Source of the DNA: Octopus bimaculoides
Taxonomy: Eukaryota
Assembly (NCBI RefSeq): GCF_001194135.2
Contig: NC_068995.1
Location: 43,682,327-43,727,941 of the forward strand
Direction of reading: 5' to 3'
Length of the DNA stretch: 45,615 nt
In this document: one piece after another, positions 1 through 13,526 of the stretch
Layout of the letters: every line of letters begins with the position of its first letter
How positions within the stretch are numbered: position 1 is the stretch's first letter
Translations under genes and position numbers: made by a program
The notes under the pieces: generated by a model
Told to the model about the DNA's origin: nothing
Databases searched by the model: none
Seen by the model: only the letters and a program-made list of their open reading frames with translations

Positions 1-442
1 ATATATATATATGCCTTTGTGTGTATTCATGAGCGCGTGTATTCAATCATACTTTGTGCCACTGGCAGCGAGTTTGCTACAACATACAATATACGCATAC
101 ATGACTTAGCGTATCCAAGTATATCCAAGTGTATAGGCAAGTGTGTGTGTACTTGCCTGAAATCTGCTGCTATCTATAAGTGATTGATTCCTTACAAGTA
201 GGAACTCAGTGTTATTGTCTACCTCCACTCAGTATATCTTGGAAAACTAACGTAAATAAGCTATAAATACACACGGCAATAGCGAGAGGCAAGACAATAT
301 ATCGTTAAGTTGTTCTTGTTTTTTATCTCTCCCTTTGAATTTCGTGTGTATCTATTTATGGACGGCGCTGCAACAACAAACATAGTTCTTCATAAATTTT
401 AACCGGTGAGAGACTCTGTGTATGTGTATGTGTGTTCATGAG

Positions 443-476
<34 letters not shown>

Positions 477-1386
477 TATNNNNNNNNNNNNNNNNNNNNN
501 NNNNNNNNNNNNNNNNNNNNNNNNNNNNNNNNNNNNNNNNNNNNNNNNNNNNNNNNNNNNNNNNNNNNNNNNNNNNNNNNNNNNNNNNNNNNNNNNNNNN
601 NNNNNNNNNNNNNNNNNNNNNNNNNNNNNNNNNNNNNNNNNNNNNNNNNNNNNNNNNNNNNNNNNNNNNNNNNNNNNNNNNNNNNNNNNNNNNNNNNNNN
701 NNNNNNNNNNNNNNNNNNNNNNNNNNNNNNNNNNNNNNNNNNNNNNNNNNNNNNNNNNNNNNNNNNNNNNNNNNNNNNNNNNNNNNNNNNNNNNNNNNNN
801 NNNNNNNNNNNNNNNNNNNNNNNNNNNNNNNNNNNNNNNNNNNNNNNNNNNNNNNNNNNNNNNNNNNNNNNNNNNNNNNNNNNNNNNNNNNNNNNNNNNN
901 NNNNNNNNNNNNNNNNNNNNNNNNNNNNNNNNNNNNNNNNNNNNNNNNNNNNNNNNNNNNNNNNNNNNNNNNNNNNNNNNNNNNNNNNNNNNNNNNNNNN
1001 NNNNNNNNNNNNNNNNNNNNNNNNNNNNNNNNNNNNNNNNNNNNNNNNNNNNNNNNNNNNNNNNNNNNNNNNNNNNNNNNNNNNNNNNNNNNNNNNNNNN
1101 NNNNNNNNNNNNNNNNNNNNNNNNNNNNNNNNNNNNNNNNNNNNNNNNNNNNNNNNNNNNNNNNNNNNNNNNNNNNNNNNNNNNNNNNNNNNNNNNNNNN
1201 NNNNNNNNNNNNNNNNNNNNNNNNNNNNNNNNNNNNATATATACACACATATAGAGATGATTATGTAATTAGATAATCGATAGATAGACACATACATACA
1301 TTCATGTTTTTTCTCCATTTGATGTATTTATTTTCTTTCAGCACCACCTAAATTACTCTGTTAATTGTGTGTGTGTGTGTGTGTGC

Positions 1387-1431
<45 letters not shown>

Positions 1432-1997
1432 GGCATTTGTTTCGCTTATTTTCAGCAGTAATTTTTTTTTTTGCTTCCTCTATATTATAGATCTCCTGTA
1501 AGTAAAAGTAAATTTACAATAAGCATGTATATGCACATACACACACAAATATACACTTACACACACATACACCCACACGTACACACACACATACTCACAC
1601 AAACACACATGTATATATGTATGTACGTATGTATGTATTTAATGCCTCCCACCTGATCAACATTGCTATCGCTGCAGTTTTTTTGTTTTTTTTTTCGTCC
1701 TAAGATTCTCTATTTTCCTATACGTAAAACTTTTTACGCTACGATCTTTGTATTTCATATTATCATAAGTTCATATCTCATATTGTAATTGAAGAACATA
1801 CAAGTGTGATGTAAAAATATAAAACATTGTATTTAATTTTAGAACATCAAATAGGTATTTGTGTGCTTTACATGTTTTCTTGGCAACTGAATTGATCTCA
1901 GCCGGTACGTTGAGACAAAAGTAATTATATTCTAGAAGATGCCTGTCAGACATTTTAGACATCACATGAACCATTATGTAAAGGCACGTGACTTTGA

Positions 1998-2270
1998 GCA
2001 CAGGGTGTTGGACTCACGATTGTGACATCCTGAATTCGATTTCCGGGCCGAGCGGCGCGTTGTTTTCTTGACCAAAACATTCATTTTCCGTTGTTCCAGT
2101 CTTACTCAGCTCTAAATAGCAACCCTGCGAAGAATTAGCCTTTCGATCAGTGGATAATGTTGGCCTGCTTGCTTAGCTACCGGGTCGGCATCGTACGAAA
2201 GGTAAAACTATGCAAAGCGCATTGTGACCAGCGATGTCTAACAACGTCTGATATTACGCCCGATTACATG
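1998..2270 (+). mobile_element. SINE family E copy (tRNA-like head, central conserved domain)
   Basis: agggtgttggactcacgattg..gaattcgatttcc..ttcttgaccaaaac..gttgttccagtc.tactcagct. Confidence 0.6.
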
Positions 2271-2593
2271 AACCGTCAAGTATGAAGTAATAACATTTAA
2301 ATTATGTACTCTAGCAGTTTGTACTCATTTACTTATTTTAATCAATCCAGTGCAGTCATGCTGGAGCACCGTTTTGTGTGGTCAGTTGAGCAAATCAACC
2401 CCATTGCTTATTTTAAATCTGGTACATAATCTATCTGGTACATGACAGAACTGCTATGTCTTGCGGACTTAAACCAACACAGCTTGTCCATCACTGGGAT
2501 ATCGATGGACCATATGTAGCGGATTTGTACTATCATTAACAAAGCCTCAGTAATAACTATTTTAGTTTTGCGTTCAATAGTAGGAGGATTTAA

Positions 2594-3020
2594 GGTCGCG
2601 AGCTGGCAGAATCGCTAGCATATCGGGCAAGATGCTCAGTAGTATTTCGCCCCTTTTCACCTTTTACCTTCAAATCCCGCTGAGATCGAACATGCTTTTC
2701 GTCCATTCACCGTCGATAAAATAAGTGCCACTTGAGGAATGGGATAGATTCAAACGGCTTACCCCTGCCTGAAAACTGCTGGCCTTGTGCCAAAATTTCA
2801 AACCACTATATGGGCGGGGGGGTATAAGGTGGCAATCTGGCAAAGAAAAATATTCAGCAGCGTTTCGCCTCTCTTCATGCTCTACGTTCAAGTTTCACCG
2901 AGGTCGATTTTGCTTTTCATCTTTTCGGAATAAATACCAGTTGGACACTGGAGTCAATGTAGTCGACTAGTCCCCAACCCATTTCCCCCAAATTACTGGC
3001 CGAGTGCCAAACTTAGAAAC
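2594..3020 (+). mobile_element. tRNA-derived SINE family A, two tandem copies (2594-2803, ~2858-3020)
   Basis: Head ggcggcgagctggcagaatcg (A-box-like), ttcaaatcccgc (B-box-like), body gaggtcgactttgcctttcatcc and tail ggccttgtgccaaaattt. Confidence 0.8.
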
Positions 3021-3057
3021 CAATAATAGGAGGATGTAAGACGGCGCGCAGGATAAA

Positions 3058-3277
3058 ATGAGCGAGTGCTGAAAGGTTCCTGGCTTTAAGGGTGTTGCGA
3101 AAAGCCTGGCTGGAGGCCCAGCCTTCCGAGTTCATTTCAGTGCTTACAAAAAATAAACGACTGCTGCAACAAATCTTTTAATCTGAGAGGAGAATGTGTT
3201 GAATAAAATCATAATTAACTAATTCTCCAGTATTTTCTTTTACACAAAAACCAGGAACTTTTCAGCAACCCCTCGTA
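3058..3277. mobile_element. Tc1/mariner-type MITE remnant
   Basis: Imperfect TIRs 'gagcgagtgctgaaaggttcctggc' and 'ccaggaacttttcagcaacccctcg' followed by TA. The right TIR reads tacgaggggttgctgaaaagttcctgg, a mariner-like end. Confidence 0.6.
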
Positions 3278-3831
3278 TATATCGGTCTAATGGTAATATA
3301 TGTTGCGTCCAGTACCATCTTTTCCGGTTGTGTAATGAATCATTGGATAGTTTCGCTACGTCTCTATCCATCCTGCAATTCCTTAAGTATATGTTACGTC
3401 CATTCAGTCAATTTGATATATATGCACAAGAGTTTCCATATATCACTTTACAGCAGTGTTACATAGCATGTGCTCATAGATACATATACACATGCACATA
3501 CACACATACATACATATATATGTATATTCATGTANNNNNNNNNNNNNNNNNNNNNNNNNNNNNNNNNNNNNNNNNNNNNNNNNNNNNNNNNNNNNNNNNN
3601 NNNNNNNNNNNNNNNNNNNNNNNNNNNNNNNNNNNNNNNNNNNNNNNNNNNNNNNNNNNNNNNNNNNNNNNNNNNNNNNNNNNNNNNNNNNNNNNNNNNN
3701 NNNNNNNNNNNNNNNNNNNNNNNNNNNNNNNNNNNNNNNNNNNNNNNNNNNNNNNNNNNNNNNNNNNNNNNNNNNNNNNNNNNNNNNNNNNNNNNNNNNN
3801 NNNNNNNATATACGTATATATATACATATAC

Positions 3832-3884
<53 letters not shown>

Positions 3885-4525
3885 TATGTGTGTGGTAAAT
3901 CTACTTCCATGAAAAGTCATGAGATAAGATATGAGTTTAGCCATCCAATGTAAGAGGTCAAAGAACGATAAATTTCTGACCGACTTCTATTGCCACCCCA
4001 CCTAACACCTGTCCTCGTCTGTTTTAGAATGCTATAGTAAGATTTCCATTAACGAGCGTATTTGAATAAATAGTTTCTCTCTTGCACATTAGAATTTCAG
4101 ATCCGATCCAATCATGAGATTTCTCTCTGAAATTCTCCGTCTTGGCTTTCAAACGGTGTTGGTAAAAATGTTCATACATCTTTATATACATACACACATA
4201 AAGACACACGTATACATATAGGCTAACACACACACACACACACATACACAAACACACTCTCAACAATGCATACACGCACTTATAGCTAGTTGTAAGAAAT
4301 GACCGATGCTTGATGAGCAATTTAATAGATCAGGAAAATATTTTCAGCCATTGAAGGGTGATATTTGACACTTAAATTTTGTACATAGACGATTACAATG
4401 TGTTGAGTTTATTTTCAAATAATTCTGCAGAAATTCGGTTGTTGAGTACACGTTGGTCCAGTACAATTTCACTATTTATTGCTCAGTCATTATCGATTAA
4501 TGTTGTTGTTGTTGTTGTTATTGAA

Positions 4526-4712
4526 GGCGGCGAGCTGGAAGAATCGTTATCTTGTTGGAGGAAATGTTTTAGCGGTATTTCGCCTGTCGCAACGTTGTGA
4601 GTTCAAATTTCGCCGAGGTTCAACTTTGACTATCATCCGTTCGGGGTCGATGAAATAAGTACCAGTGAAACACTGGGGGTTGATGTAATCGACTTAATCC
4701 CTACGCCCAAAC
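4526..4712 (+). mobile_element. SINE family A copy
   Basis: Same head, B-box and body motifs as the other family A copies. Confidence 0.8.
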
Positions 4713-4770
4713 TACCACCACATCCACCACCACTACCACCAGCTTCAACTGTTCCCCTCTTTCTCCCTCA

Positions 4771-4822
<52 letters not shown>

Positions 4823-5241
4823 CGTGCCTTTTTATAACCTCACTATCAGAACATCATAGCTCTGCTTGGATTATATTTCTAACTCTTCTTCGCTATATCT
4901 TCTCTATATTCTACCAACCAACTTCTTTAACCACGTTACCACTACCTCACGTCATGGATGCTTTTCTCCTCGCCTTTTCTCTCTCTGTCCTCTGCTTTCT
5001 CCGTCATTTTCTTTCTCCCTCTTGTTCTCTGTTTCCCTTCAACTAACTATGTGAAACCGTTACAATTACGTTCCATGTGCCTCACGTTTTTCTCTCCCAC
5101 TTTTTCTCACTGCGTCGTTTTCTCTCTACCGCTATTCTTTCTCCCTCTTTTTCTCTCACACTTCGCCTTTCCCTTCAACTAAGCACGCGAAAGCGTTACT
5201 GACGGGCTAAGTAACGTACGATCAAGCAGAATTTTTAGAAA

Positions 5242-5242
<1 letters not shown>

Positions 5243-5309
<67 letters not shown>
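5243..5309. repeat. (TAA)n microsatellite
   Basis: Directly visible. Confidence 0.98.
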
Positions 5310-5310
<1 letters not shown>

Positions 5311-5836
5311 CGGCGAGCCTGGCAGAATTGTTAGCACACCGGACAAAATGTTTAACGGCATTGCGTCCGTCTTTGCGTTTCGAATTCAAATTCTGTCGAG
5401 ATCGATTATTGTACTAAGGTCGACGTAATCAGTTTACCCTCTTCCATTAACATTGCTGGGATTACGCCAAAATTTGAAAACATTAATATTATTATAATTT
5501 TGTTATTCATTGTCGAAATGATTATTTGTATCTTTCTCATTCAATAATCTCTCCTGTGTCATAAAAATGTTGTCATCCGATATTGATATTTCTCTGTCCA
5601 TTCCCATTATTTTAACTTTACCAAGGCGGTGAGCTGGCAGAATCGTTAGCACGGCGGACGAAATACTTAGTCATATTTCGTCTGTCATCACATTCTGAGT
5701 TCAAATGCCGTTGAGGTCGACTTTGACTTTCATCCTTTCAGGGTCGATATATTTAGTACCAGCTACGCACCGGGGTCGATGTAACCGACTGGTCTCCTTA
5801 CCCAAAATATCGGGCCTTTTGCCATTAGTTGAAAGG
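5311..5836 (+). mobile_element. SINE family A, two copies (5311-5478, 5625-5836)
   Basis: Family A motifs. The first copy follows a (TAA)n run. Confidence 0.8.
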
Positions 5837-6419
5837 ATTATTTCAACTTTTCTATCTTTTCCAATCTCTTCGAATTTTATTTCCTGTTTGTCCCTCTTCT
5901 CATATTTTCAGTCTCTTTTCATATATCAATATTATTTATTTGTTTTTCCTCGTCCCCTCATTTCATTGCTATTTTTCAAACGTTGCAGCAATTTTATTAC
6001 AATATTTAGATAGAGAAAAAATCTTCGTCACGCAAAAATGCGAAGGTCACCATTTAACCAATTACGAATTGGTTTAGTGAAGGCGAGTTATTATCATGCA
6101 CTCATATTTGTAATGGCAATTAGTACATGTTATCTTCAACTGACGTCTAAAGAAAAAACGATAATTATCCGCAGTACTTGGTATGTATTCATTCATGTAA
6201 ACAATGAGTGAAAACACAGACACAGCCAGATCTTCGAGAATGTTTACCAGGAACTTGGATAACTTCTATCATGCCAGGCTCTGGCATGATAGGTTTGTCG
6301 TTTGTTCTGCTCAAATCACAGCTTACTATCCAGCGAAATAATAAGGTTACATATGTTTGGCCAATTATAATTGATCTAGAGAGGGAATAATAGCAAGAAC
6401 AACTGCAGCGAAACATAAA

Positions 6420-6545
6420 CAAGGATAAACTGGTACAAAAGGATGAAAGACTGACCCCGGCGAATTTCAAATCAGAATGTAAAAACGGACGAAATGCCGC
6501 TAACCATTTTGCCGAGAGTGCTAGCGATTCTACCAGATCGCCGAT
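6420..6545 (-). mobile_element. SINE family A copy (5' part)
   Basis: Reverse complement of the family A head. Confidence 0.7.
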
Positions 6546-8189
6546 TTAAATAACACATAGAATATGAAGAAATGATAATTAGGCATTTATTCATGATCAA
6601 GTTGTTAAAAAATAACAGCCTGTTTAATATTTATATTTTGTGTTTCTTACCCGGTGGGAAAATACAGAGGTCTTTCTGATTGACAGCAACATCGACGCAA
6701 TCAAGTAATAACTTATAATTCCGTAATAATGGATATAGAAAAAGACTTATGATGACCTTGACTCATAAATCCCAGTAATATAAACAACTAAAGATTCAGT
6801 AAAGTTATTAATGCTCATAATTCTGCTGAGGCTAGTGAAAATTCTATTATGATAATGAATACTTCATATCTAGAAACGGTGTCTCGTAATCAAAGTCAGC
6901 CATTTTCTTTATATTTGAGCATGCAAGAATACATACGAATATATGTGCGTGTGTATATGTCTGTGTGTATGAGAGAGTGTGTTTAAACGTAAATATATAG
7001 TGTATACATGTGTATATTTGGACACACATCCACACACACAGGCACGCACTAATATGTATATGTATATATATATATACATATATATAATTTGTGTTTAGAT
7101 ACAAAGATTAACTGAAATTTTGTTTTTATATCTTTAAATTTCAAATGTCGATGTTAGCAAAGGTTGAACTAAGTGTATGACCCGTGGCAATTCCATTAGA
7201 TTGCATATAAAGATTACCAGCAGAATAATATAGCATTAACATGCAAAAATTCAATAAATTCTAACTATATCTTCATGTAAAGAACAGTACTCACAGTTCA
7301 CAAGTGGTTGCACATGTAATTGCTGATAGATTCTAGATGCCTTAAGATTAAAGAATAAAATTTGCGTAATTTGCTAAACAGTATAAGTGGTTAAATATTC
7401 CCTTGAGATAAGCATGTATCATTTTCTAATTTCTGCTTGCTATAGTAAATTGTGTTATTACAGATATTTTTGTCGTAGATTGATATTATGAATGTTTTTA
7501 TTACGCATTTCACAATATAGCATTTGAATTTTAATTATCTATTTTCCACTATAATTTATAGAGTTACGAGGCATCTGTATGTATATGTGTGTGTGTATGT
7601 GTGTGTGTATGTGTGTGTGTATGTGTGTGTGACTGTGTGTTTGTGTATGTGTGTATGTGAGTGTTTGTGTGTTTGTGTTTGTGTGTGAGTTTGTTGTGAG
7701 TAAGTGTGTGCGTGCGTGTGGGGGGGGGGGGGGNNNNNNNNNNNNNNNNNNNNNNNNNNNNNNNNNNNNNNNNNNNNNNNNNNNNNNNNNNNNNNNNNNN
7801 NNNNNNNNNNNNNNNNNNNNNNNNNNNNNNNNNNNNNNNNNNNNNNNNNNNNNNNNNNNNNNNNNNNNNNNNNNNNNNNNNNNNNNNNNNNNNNNNNNNN
7901 NNNNNNNNNNNNNNNNNNNNNNNNNNNNNNNNNNNNNNNNNNNNNNNNNNNNNNNNNNNNNNNNNNNNNNNNNNNNNNNNNNNNNNNNNNNNNNNNNNNN
8001 NNNNNNNNNNNNNNNNNNNNNNNNNNNNNNNNNNNNNNNNNNNNNNNNNNNNNNNNNNNNNNNNNNNNNNNNNNNNNNNNNNNNNNNNNNNNNNNNNNNN
8101 NNNNNNNNNNNNNNNNNNNNNNNNNNNNNNTATACAGATAGATACATATATGTATATATGTATATATGTATGTATATACATATATTTCT

Positions 8190-8297
8190 ATGACCCAATA
8201 CGAAATTTAAGTCGACTTCGGCAGAATTTGAACTCAGAACGCAGCGACGGACGACATACAGCTAAGCATCTCGTCTAGCGTGCTAACGATTCTGCCG
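8190..8297 (-). mobile_element. SINE family A copy (5' part)
   Basis: tgctaacgattctgcc and gaatttgaactcagaac are the reverse complement of the head and B-box. Confidence 0.7.
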
Positions 8298-8685
8298 GTT
8301 CATGAGGGAGTCCTTCGAAACATCTCTAGAGTAACGTTACTTAACAGGGTGCGTTTATTCAGGGGTCAGGGACACCCTCCTGGGTGAGCTGTACTTCTTT
8401 ACAATGAGAGGGTACAATTCTGGAGTTACTGACACGTGATTGTAATGTCACAGGAAAGAATTTTAAAAATGTAGTCTTCAAATCAAGCCAAGACCTAGAG
8501 GACCAGAAAAAACTAGGAGGGCTCAAGATCGAGATGGTTGGATACTATCCTTAACCTCAATTGGTCACGCTTGGGAATCCAGCCGAAATCCTAATAACGG
8601 TTGCTTCCGATAGAAGCCTACGCAGAGCATGCCTGAAAAACTGTTCGCCCCACAAATCTGTCATGAATTGTAGCCGAAGAAAATA

Positions 8686-8770
8686 GATGGGTGGATGGAT
8701 GGATGGTTGGATGGATGGATGGACGGATGGACGGACGGACGGGCAGATGGACGGACGGACGGACGGACTG
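8686..8770. repeat. (GGAT)n/(GGAC)n tetranucleotide repeat
   Basis: Directly visible. Confidence 0.95.
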
Positions 8771-9197
8771 ATGGAATGGATAACGAACATCTTATTTATT
8801 TTATTCAAATTTTCGGAGTGAGGTCTAAATTTCTTTCTATCACTGATATTGTAACTCAACATTGCTCGCGTGTCATATCGCGTTTCCTTCTGCAAGTCCA
8901 AGATGATAGCTATGATTTATTCTCCTATAGGGCAGAGAAAAAGAATCACTTAGAAATTCACATATGTTTTTCTTTGATTATGCCTTGCCATTAATTGTAT
9001 TAGAATTATATATATATATATTAAATATAAGCCAGAAGCTACCGATTTAAATACTAAGTACATTATGACTTTTCATATATGACTTTACGATTATATATTT
9101 GTACACATGTGTCTATACGCACATATGCATACATACATACATACATACATACATACATACTTACATATATTAGGTAGATTAATCTATAATGTATACC

Positions 9198-9460
9198 TTA
9201 GTGGTTAGGGTATTCGACTCACGATTGTGATTTCAATTCCCAGCGACGCGTTCTGTCCTTGAGCAAGACCCTTTATTTCACGTTGCTCCAGTCTATTCAG
9301 CTGGCAAAAATGGGTAGTACCTGTAATTCAAAGGGGCAGCCTAGTCGCACTCTGTGTCACGCTGAATCTTCCTGAGAAATACGTTAAGGGTACACGTGTG
9401 TGCGGAGTGCTCAGCCACTTGCACGTTAATTTCACGAGCAAGCTGTCCGTTCATCGTATC
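9198..9460 (+). mobile_element. SINE family E copy
   Basis: tagtggttagggtattcgactcacgattg..tttcaattcc..gtccttgagcaagac..gttgctccagtc.attcagctg. The central domain is CORE/V-like. Confidence 0.65.
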
Positions 9461-9652
9461 ACCTGTTATTATAGTCCATTGTTGTTATTATAGTTCATTG
9501 TTGTGCCATTCAAGACACATCATATTATATATATATATATATATNNNNNNNNNNNNNNNNNNNNNNNNNNNNNNNNNNNNNNNNNNNNNNNNNNNNNNNN
9601 NNNNNNNNNNNNNNNNNNNNNNNNNNNNNNNNNNNNNNNNNNNNNNTACAGG

Positions 9653-9684
<32 letters not shown>

Positions 9685-9688
9685 GAGC

Positions 9689-9741
<53 letters not shown>

Positions 9742-10294
9742 TCAACGATTACCTAATATCTGGTGCAAAACAGATGATTAAGTCGGCTGTAATAGTTCTG
9801 TAATGCTTCATACTTTGAGTAAGATAAGCACTATATTGAAAAGTATACGAACGCTTATTTTTCTGACTCATGACAATAAACATACACGTGTGTGTGTGTG
9901 TGTGTGTGCCTCTGTGTGTATGTGTCTGTGTGTGTGTGTGCGTGTGTGTGTGTGTGTGTTTGCGCGTGTGTTTGTATGTGTGTGTCTATTAATCAATATC
10001 TGCATATGTGTGTTATGAGTCACTTTATACATGTATATACGATATATTTTCATATCAAGTATCGGTTTGATGTATGATATTGATTCCGGGCCCTTTTCTC
10101 TTTTCGTAAGACATCACTTATAATGGAAGAAAAGAAGTAATATAACAATCACCACTGATTATTACATTTGTCGAAATTTCACTCTTTTATCTTCGTTGCA
10201 ATTTATTTTCCCTTCGTTAGAATTATTTTTTTTATTTCCTTGTCTATTTAGCAATTAATATATATTAGAGATTTTAAGATCTTGCATATATCAT

Positions 10295-10530
10295 AGGCGC
10301 AGGAGTGGCTGTACGGTAAGGAGCTTGATTCTCAACTACATGGAGCAGAGTTCAGTCTCACTGCGTGGCACCTTAGGCAAGTATCTTCTAGTATAGCCTC
10401 AGGCCGACCAAAGACTTATGACTGGATACTAGGCTTATAAAGAATAAGTCCTGGGGCCGATTTGTTCGACTGAATGCGGTGCTCCAGCATGGCCGCAGTC
10501 AAATGACTGAAACAAGTAAAAGAATAAAAG
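10295..10530 (+). mobile_element. SINE family B/C (tRNA-like head, conserved central domain, 3' tail)
   Basis: aggcgcaggagtggctgt..ggtaag..gttcagtc.cactgcgtggcacctt.ggcaagt..cttcta.tatagcc, then tail gtgctccagcatggccgcagtcaaatgactgaaacaagtaaaag. Confidence 0.8.
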
Positions 10531-10542
10531 AAAATATTATTG

Positions 10543-11146
10543 ATTTCAAATTTCGGCACAAGTTCATAAATCACGAGGAAGGGGTTCAGTCAAATACATC
10601 AACCCCAGTGTTCAACTTATACTTATTTTATCGACCCCGAAAAATTCAAAGGCAACGATGAAGCCGGTGGAATTTGAACTCCGAAACGTACAGACGGACG
10701 AAATGTCACTAAGCTTTTGTCCGATGCTAACGACTCCGCCAGCTCACCGCCCTAATTTGCATACATGCATCATTTATTTCATTATTGGCCACAGGGCGCT
10801 AAACATAGAGGGGAAAAACAGAGACAAAGAACGGGATTAAGTCGATTACATCGACCTCGGTGCGTAACTGGTACTTAATTTAAGCATTTCGCCCTGCATG
10901 CTAACGATTCTGCCAGTCTGCCGCCCTAAATATTGTTTTCGACTCTAGGCACAAGGCCCGAAATTTTGGGTGAGGGGGCCAGTCGATTAGATCGACTCCA
11001 GTACACAACTGGTACTTAATTTATTGACTGCGAAAAGATGAAAAGCAAAGTCGACAAGTGCGGAATTTGAACTCAGGATGTAAAAACAAACGAAATGCTG
11101 CTAAGTATTTCGCCCGGCGTGCTAACGATTGGGCCAGCTCGCCGCC
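10543..11146 (-). mobile_element. Cluster of three SINE family A copies
   Basis: Three reverse-complement heads ending at ~10753, ~10927 and ~11146. Confidence 0.8.
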
Positions 11147-11615
11147 TTACATACATATATTATTGGATAGAAAAACAAATTGATATATTTCTCCCTTCAT
11201 ATTATCAGGTGAGGGTGATATTTAATGTTAACTTGGGTCATTTATTCTCTAGATTATGCCATGCAAGAAAAAAAGCGTGTATCTTCTAGAAGAAAAAATA
11301 CATTCGTAATGTGTGTGTACGCATTTATGTGTATGTTTGTGCCACAATTTTCGTATTAGTTCAAACGTTTGCACATATTTTTTTTTTTTTTGCATCTATG
11401 ATCAAAATTATCATGTATTTTCTTCTTTAGAAGACGTATTTCAAGTATTAATTAAATGTATTTAATTATCATGCCTATATATTATTGAATTAAAATGTAA
11501 TTTTTTTATCTTTATTAAGATTTATTATATATATCATAGATTTACATATGTGTGTGTTTGTGTGTGTATATGTATGTGTGTCTGTATGTATGTGTGTGTG
11601 TGTGTNNNNNNNNNN

Positions 11616-11660
<45 letters not shown>

Positions 11661-11811
11661 TGTGTGTGTGCATGCATGTGTATGCTTGTAGTGGTAAGCT
11701 CAGCCATATGCTAACCACTCAGATACGTAGATATTTGGACTTGTGTATTTATGTATGTAAGTAATGTAAGTACAGACACGCATACACACATATATAGAAA
11801 GATAGATAGAT

Positions 11812-11898
<87 letters not shown>

Positions 11899-11905
11899 CA
11901 GACAA

Positions 11906-11942
<37 letters not shown>

Positions 11943-12758
11943 CATGTAGAGAATGGAGAAACAAACACAGGAAGAAGCAGGTCGATTGCGCTGGTTAGCC
12001 TTTAATTTGATCAATTAGGTAGAGATTATGTAATGTTACATTTACGATCGTTTCGATTTGCCAATTTAATTGGCAGATCTCTTCAGAATGCTGAGAAGTC
12101 AGTTTAAAGGCATGGTGTGAGAGATGAAGGTATAGAAAGGTGGAGGATATACTAATGTAAAAGAATGCAGGTAATCTCCAGGAGCGCCTTCGGATTTAAT
12201 TATCCTTTAGTTGCTTAAACACTTCTAGCCTATCACTTGAATGTTTAAACAATCCTAATTTCCAGCTGCAATCCTCTCCTGCAAAGGTTTCAGCACAGTC
12301 TTCGGCATTTTCTTATTGCCATCTGAATTGAAGCTAATGCTTTGTTCGACGATGTGGGGACGGTGCCGATGTGCGGAGATATTGAACGTATTTACTATTT
12401 CCATTCCAGTTGGCCACAACTTCGTATTCTCCTTTGCAGCTGTCCATGTTGCGTCTTACAGCCTCCACAGTGTTCGCAGTTCATTGAGCAGTAATCTGAT
12501 ATCGGCGTTTTGATACCTGGTACGAATCATCAACATGCAACAGTTTTACTATATTCAGATGGCTCAAAGTCCACGATATATGATAACTTTTTCTGAACTG
12601 CAGCTGTAATTTTTATTTTCATATTTTCTGACGTTGTTGACTGTTCAAAAATACATCAAGCTCTTATTGAAGAAAGAAGACATAAGATATAAAAGTCATC
12701 AGATTAGCTCGAACACCCTGCAGAGAGAAGTTTTTATATAGGCATATATGCTTACGTC

Positions 12759-12793
<35 letters not shown>

Positions 12794-12803
12794 NNNNNNN
12801 NNN

Positions 12804-12845
<42 letters not shown>

Positions 12846-13137
12846 CGTATTTACATATATGTGTATATATATACATATATACACATATATATGTACATAT
12901 GTATTTATACATCTTGTGTGGTGTGTGTATATATGTATGTGTGTGTATGTGTGCGTGCGTGTGTGTGTGTGTGTGTTCCTGTTCTCATGTCTTATACTTG
13001 TCATGCTCTTAGCATCTAATCCACTAACAATACAGTTATTTATCTATTTATTTTGACCTCAGAGCGCGAAATAAAGAGAATGTGGAAACTTAAAGATATT
13101 TCCATTAGTATTTGTTATATTCATTTACATTCGGTGA

Positions 13138-13263
13138 AAATTATTATTATTATTATTGTTGTTGTTGTTGTTGTTGTTATTATTATTATTATTATTATTT
13201 TTATTATCATTATTATTTTTATTATTATTATTATTATCATTATTATTATTATTATTATTATTA

Positions 13264-13327
<64 letters not shown>

Positions 13328-13335
13328 CATTAGTA
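13138..13335. repeat. Long (ATT)n/(GTT)n trinucleotide microsatellite
   Basis: Directly visible. It generates the spurious poly-I/Y/L/N ORFs. Confidence 0.98.
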
Positions 13336-13490
13336 TCTTTCAATTCTGTTTCCTTTTCTTGCCGTCTGTCTCCCTGACACCTAGGGTAGAGAAACGTACT
13401 GTATACATTTGTAGGCCATTAAAACAAACACACCAGACTATTAATTTACAGAGTAATGTGATAGAGAAAAAGGAGAAGACAGAGAGAAAA

Positions 13491-13526
<36 letters not shown>

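Noticed and set aside
6650-6760. Exon-like minus-strand segment (..LLLDCVDVAVNQKDLCIFPP|gtaag) and other short exon-like pieces near 4111-4161, 7290-7330, 8455-8537 and 14180-14285
   Set aside because: Plausible splice signals, but no consistent strand, phase chain or recognisable protein. RNA-seq would be needed.
8298-8330. catgagggagtccttcgaaacatc, hammerhead-like fragment
   Set aside because: The core 5' end is missing and stem II is weak. It abuts a SINE end and cannot be distinguished from chance.
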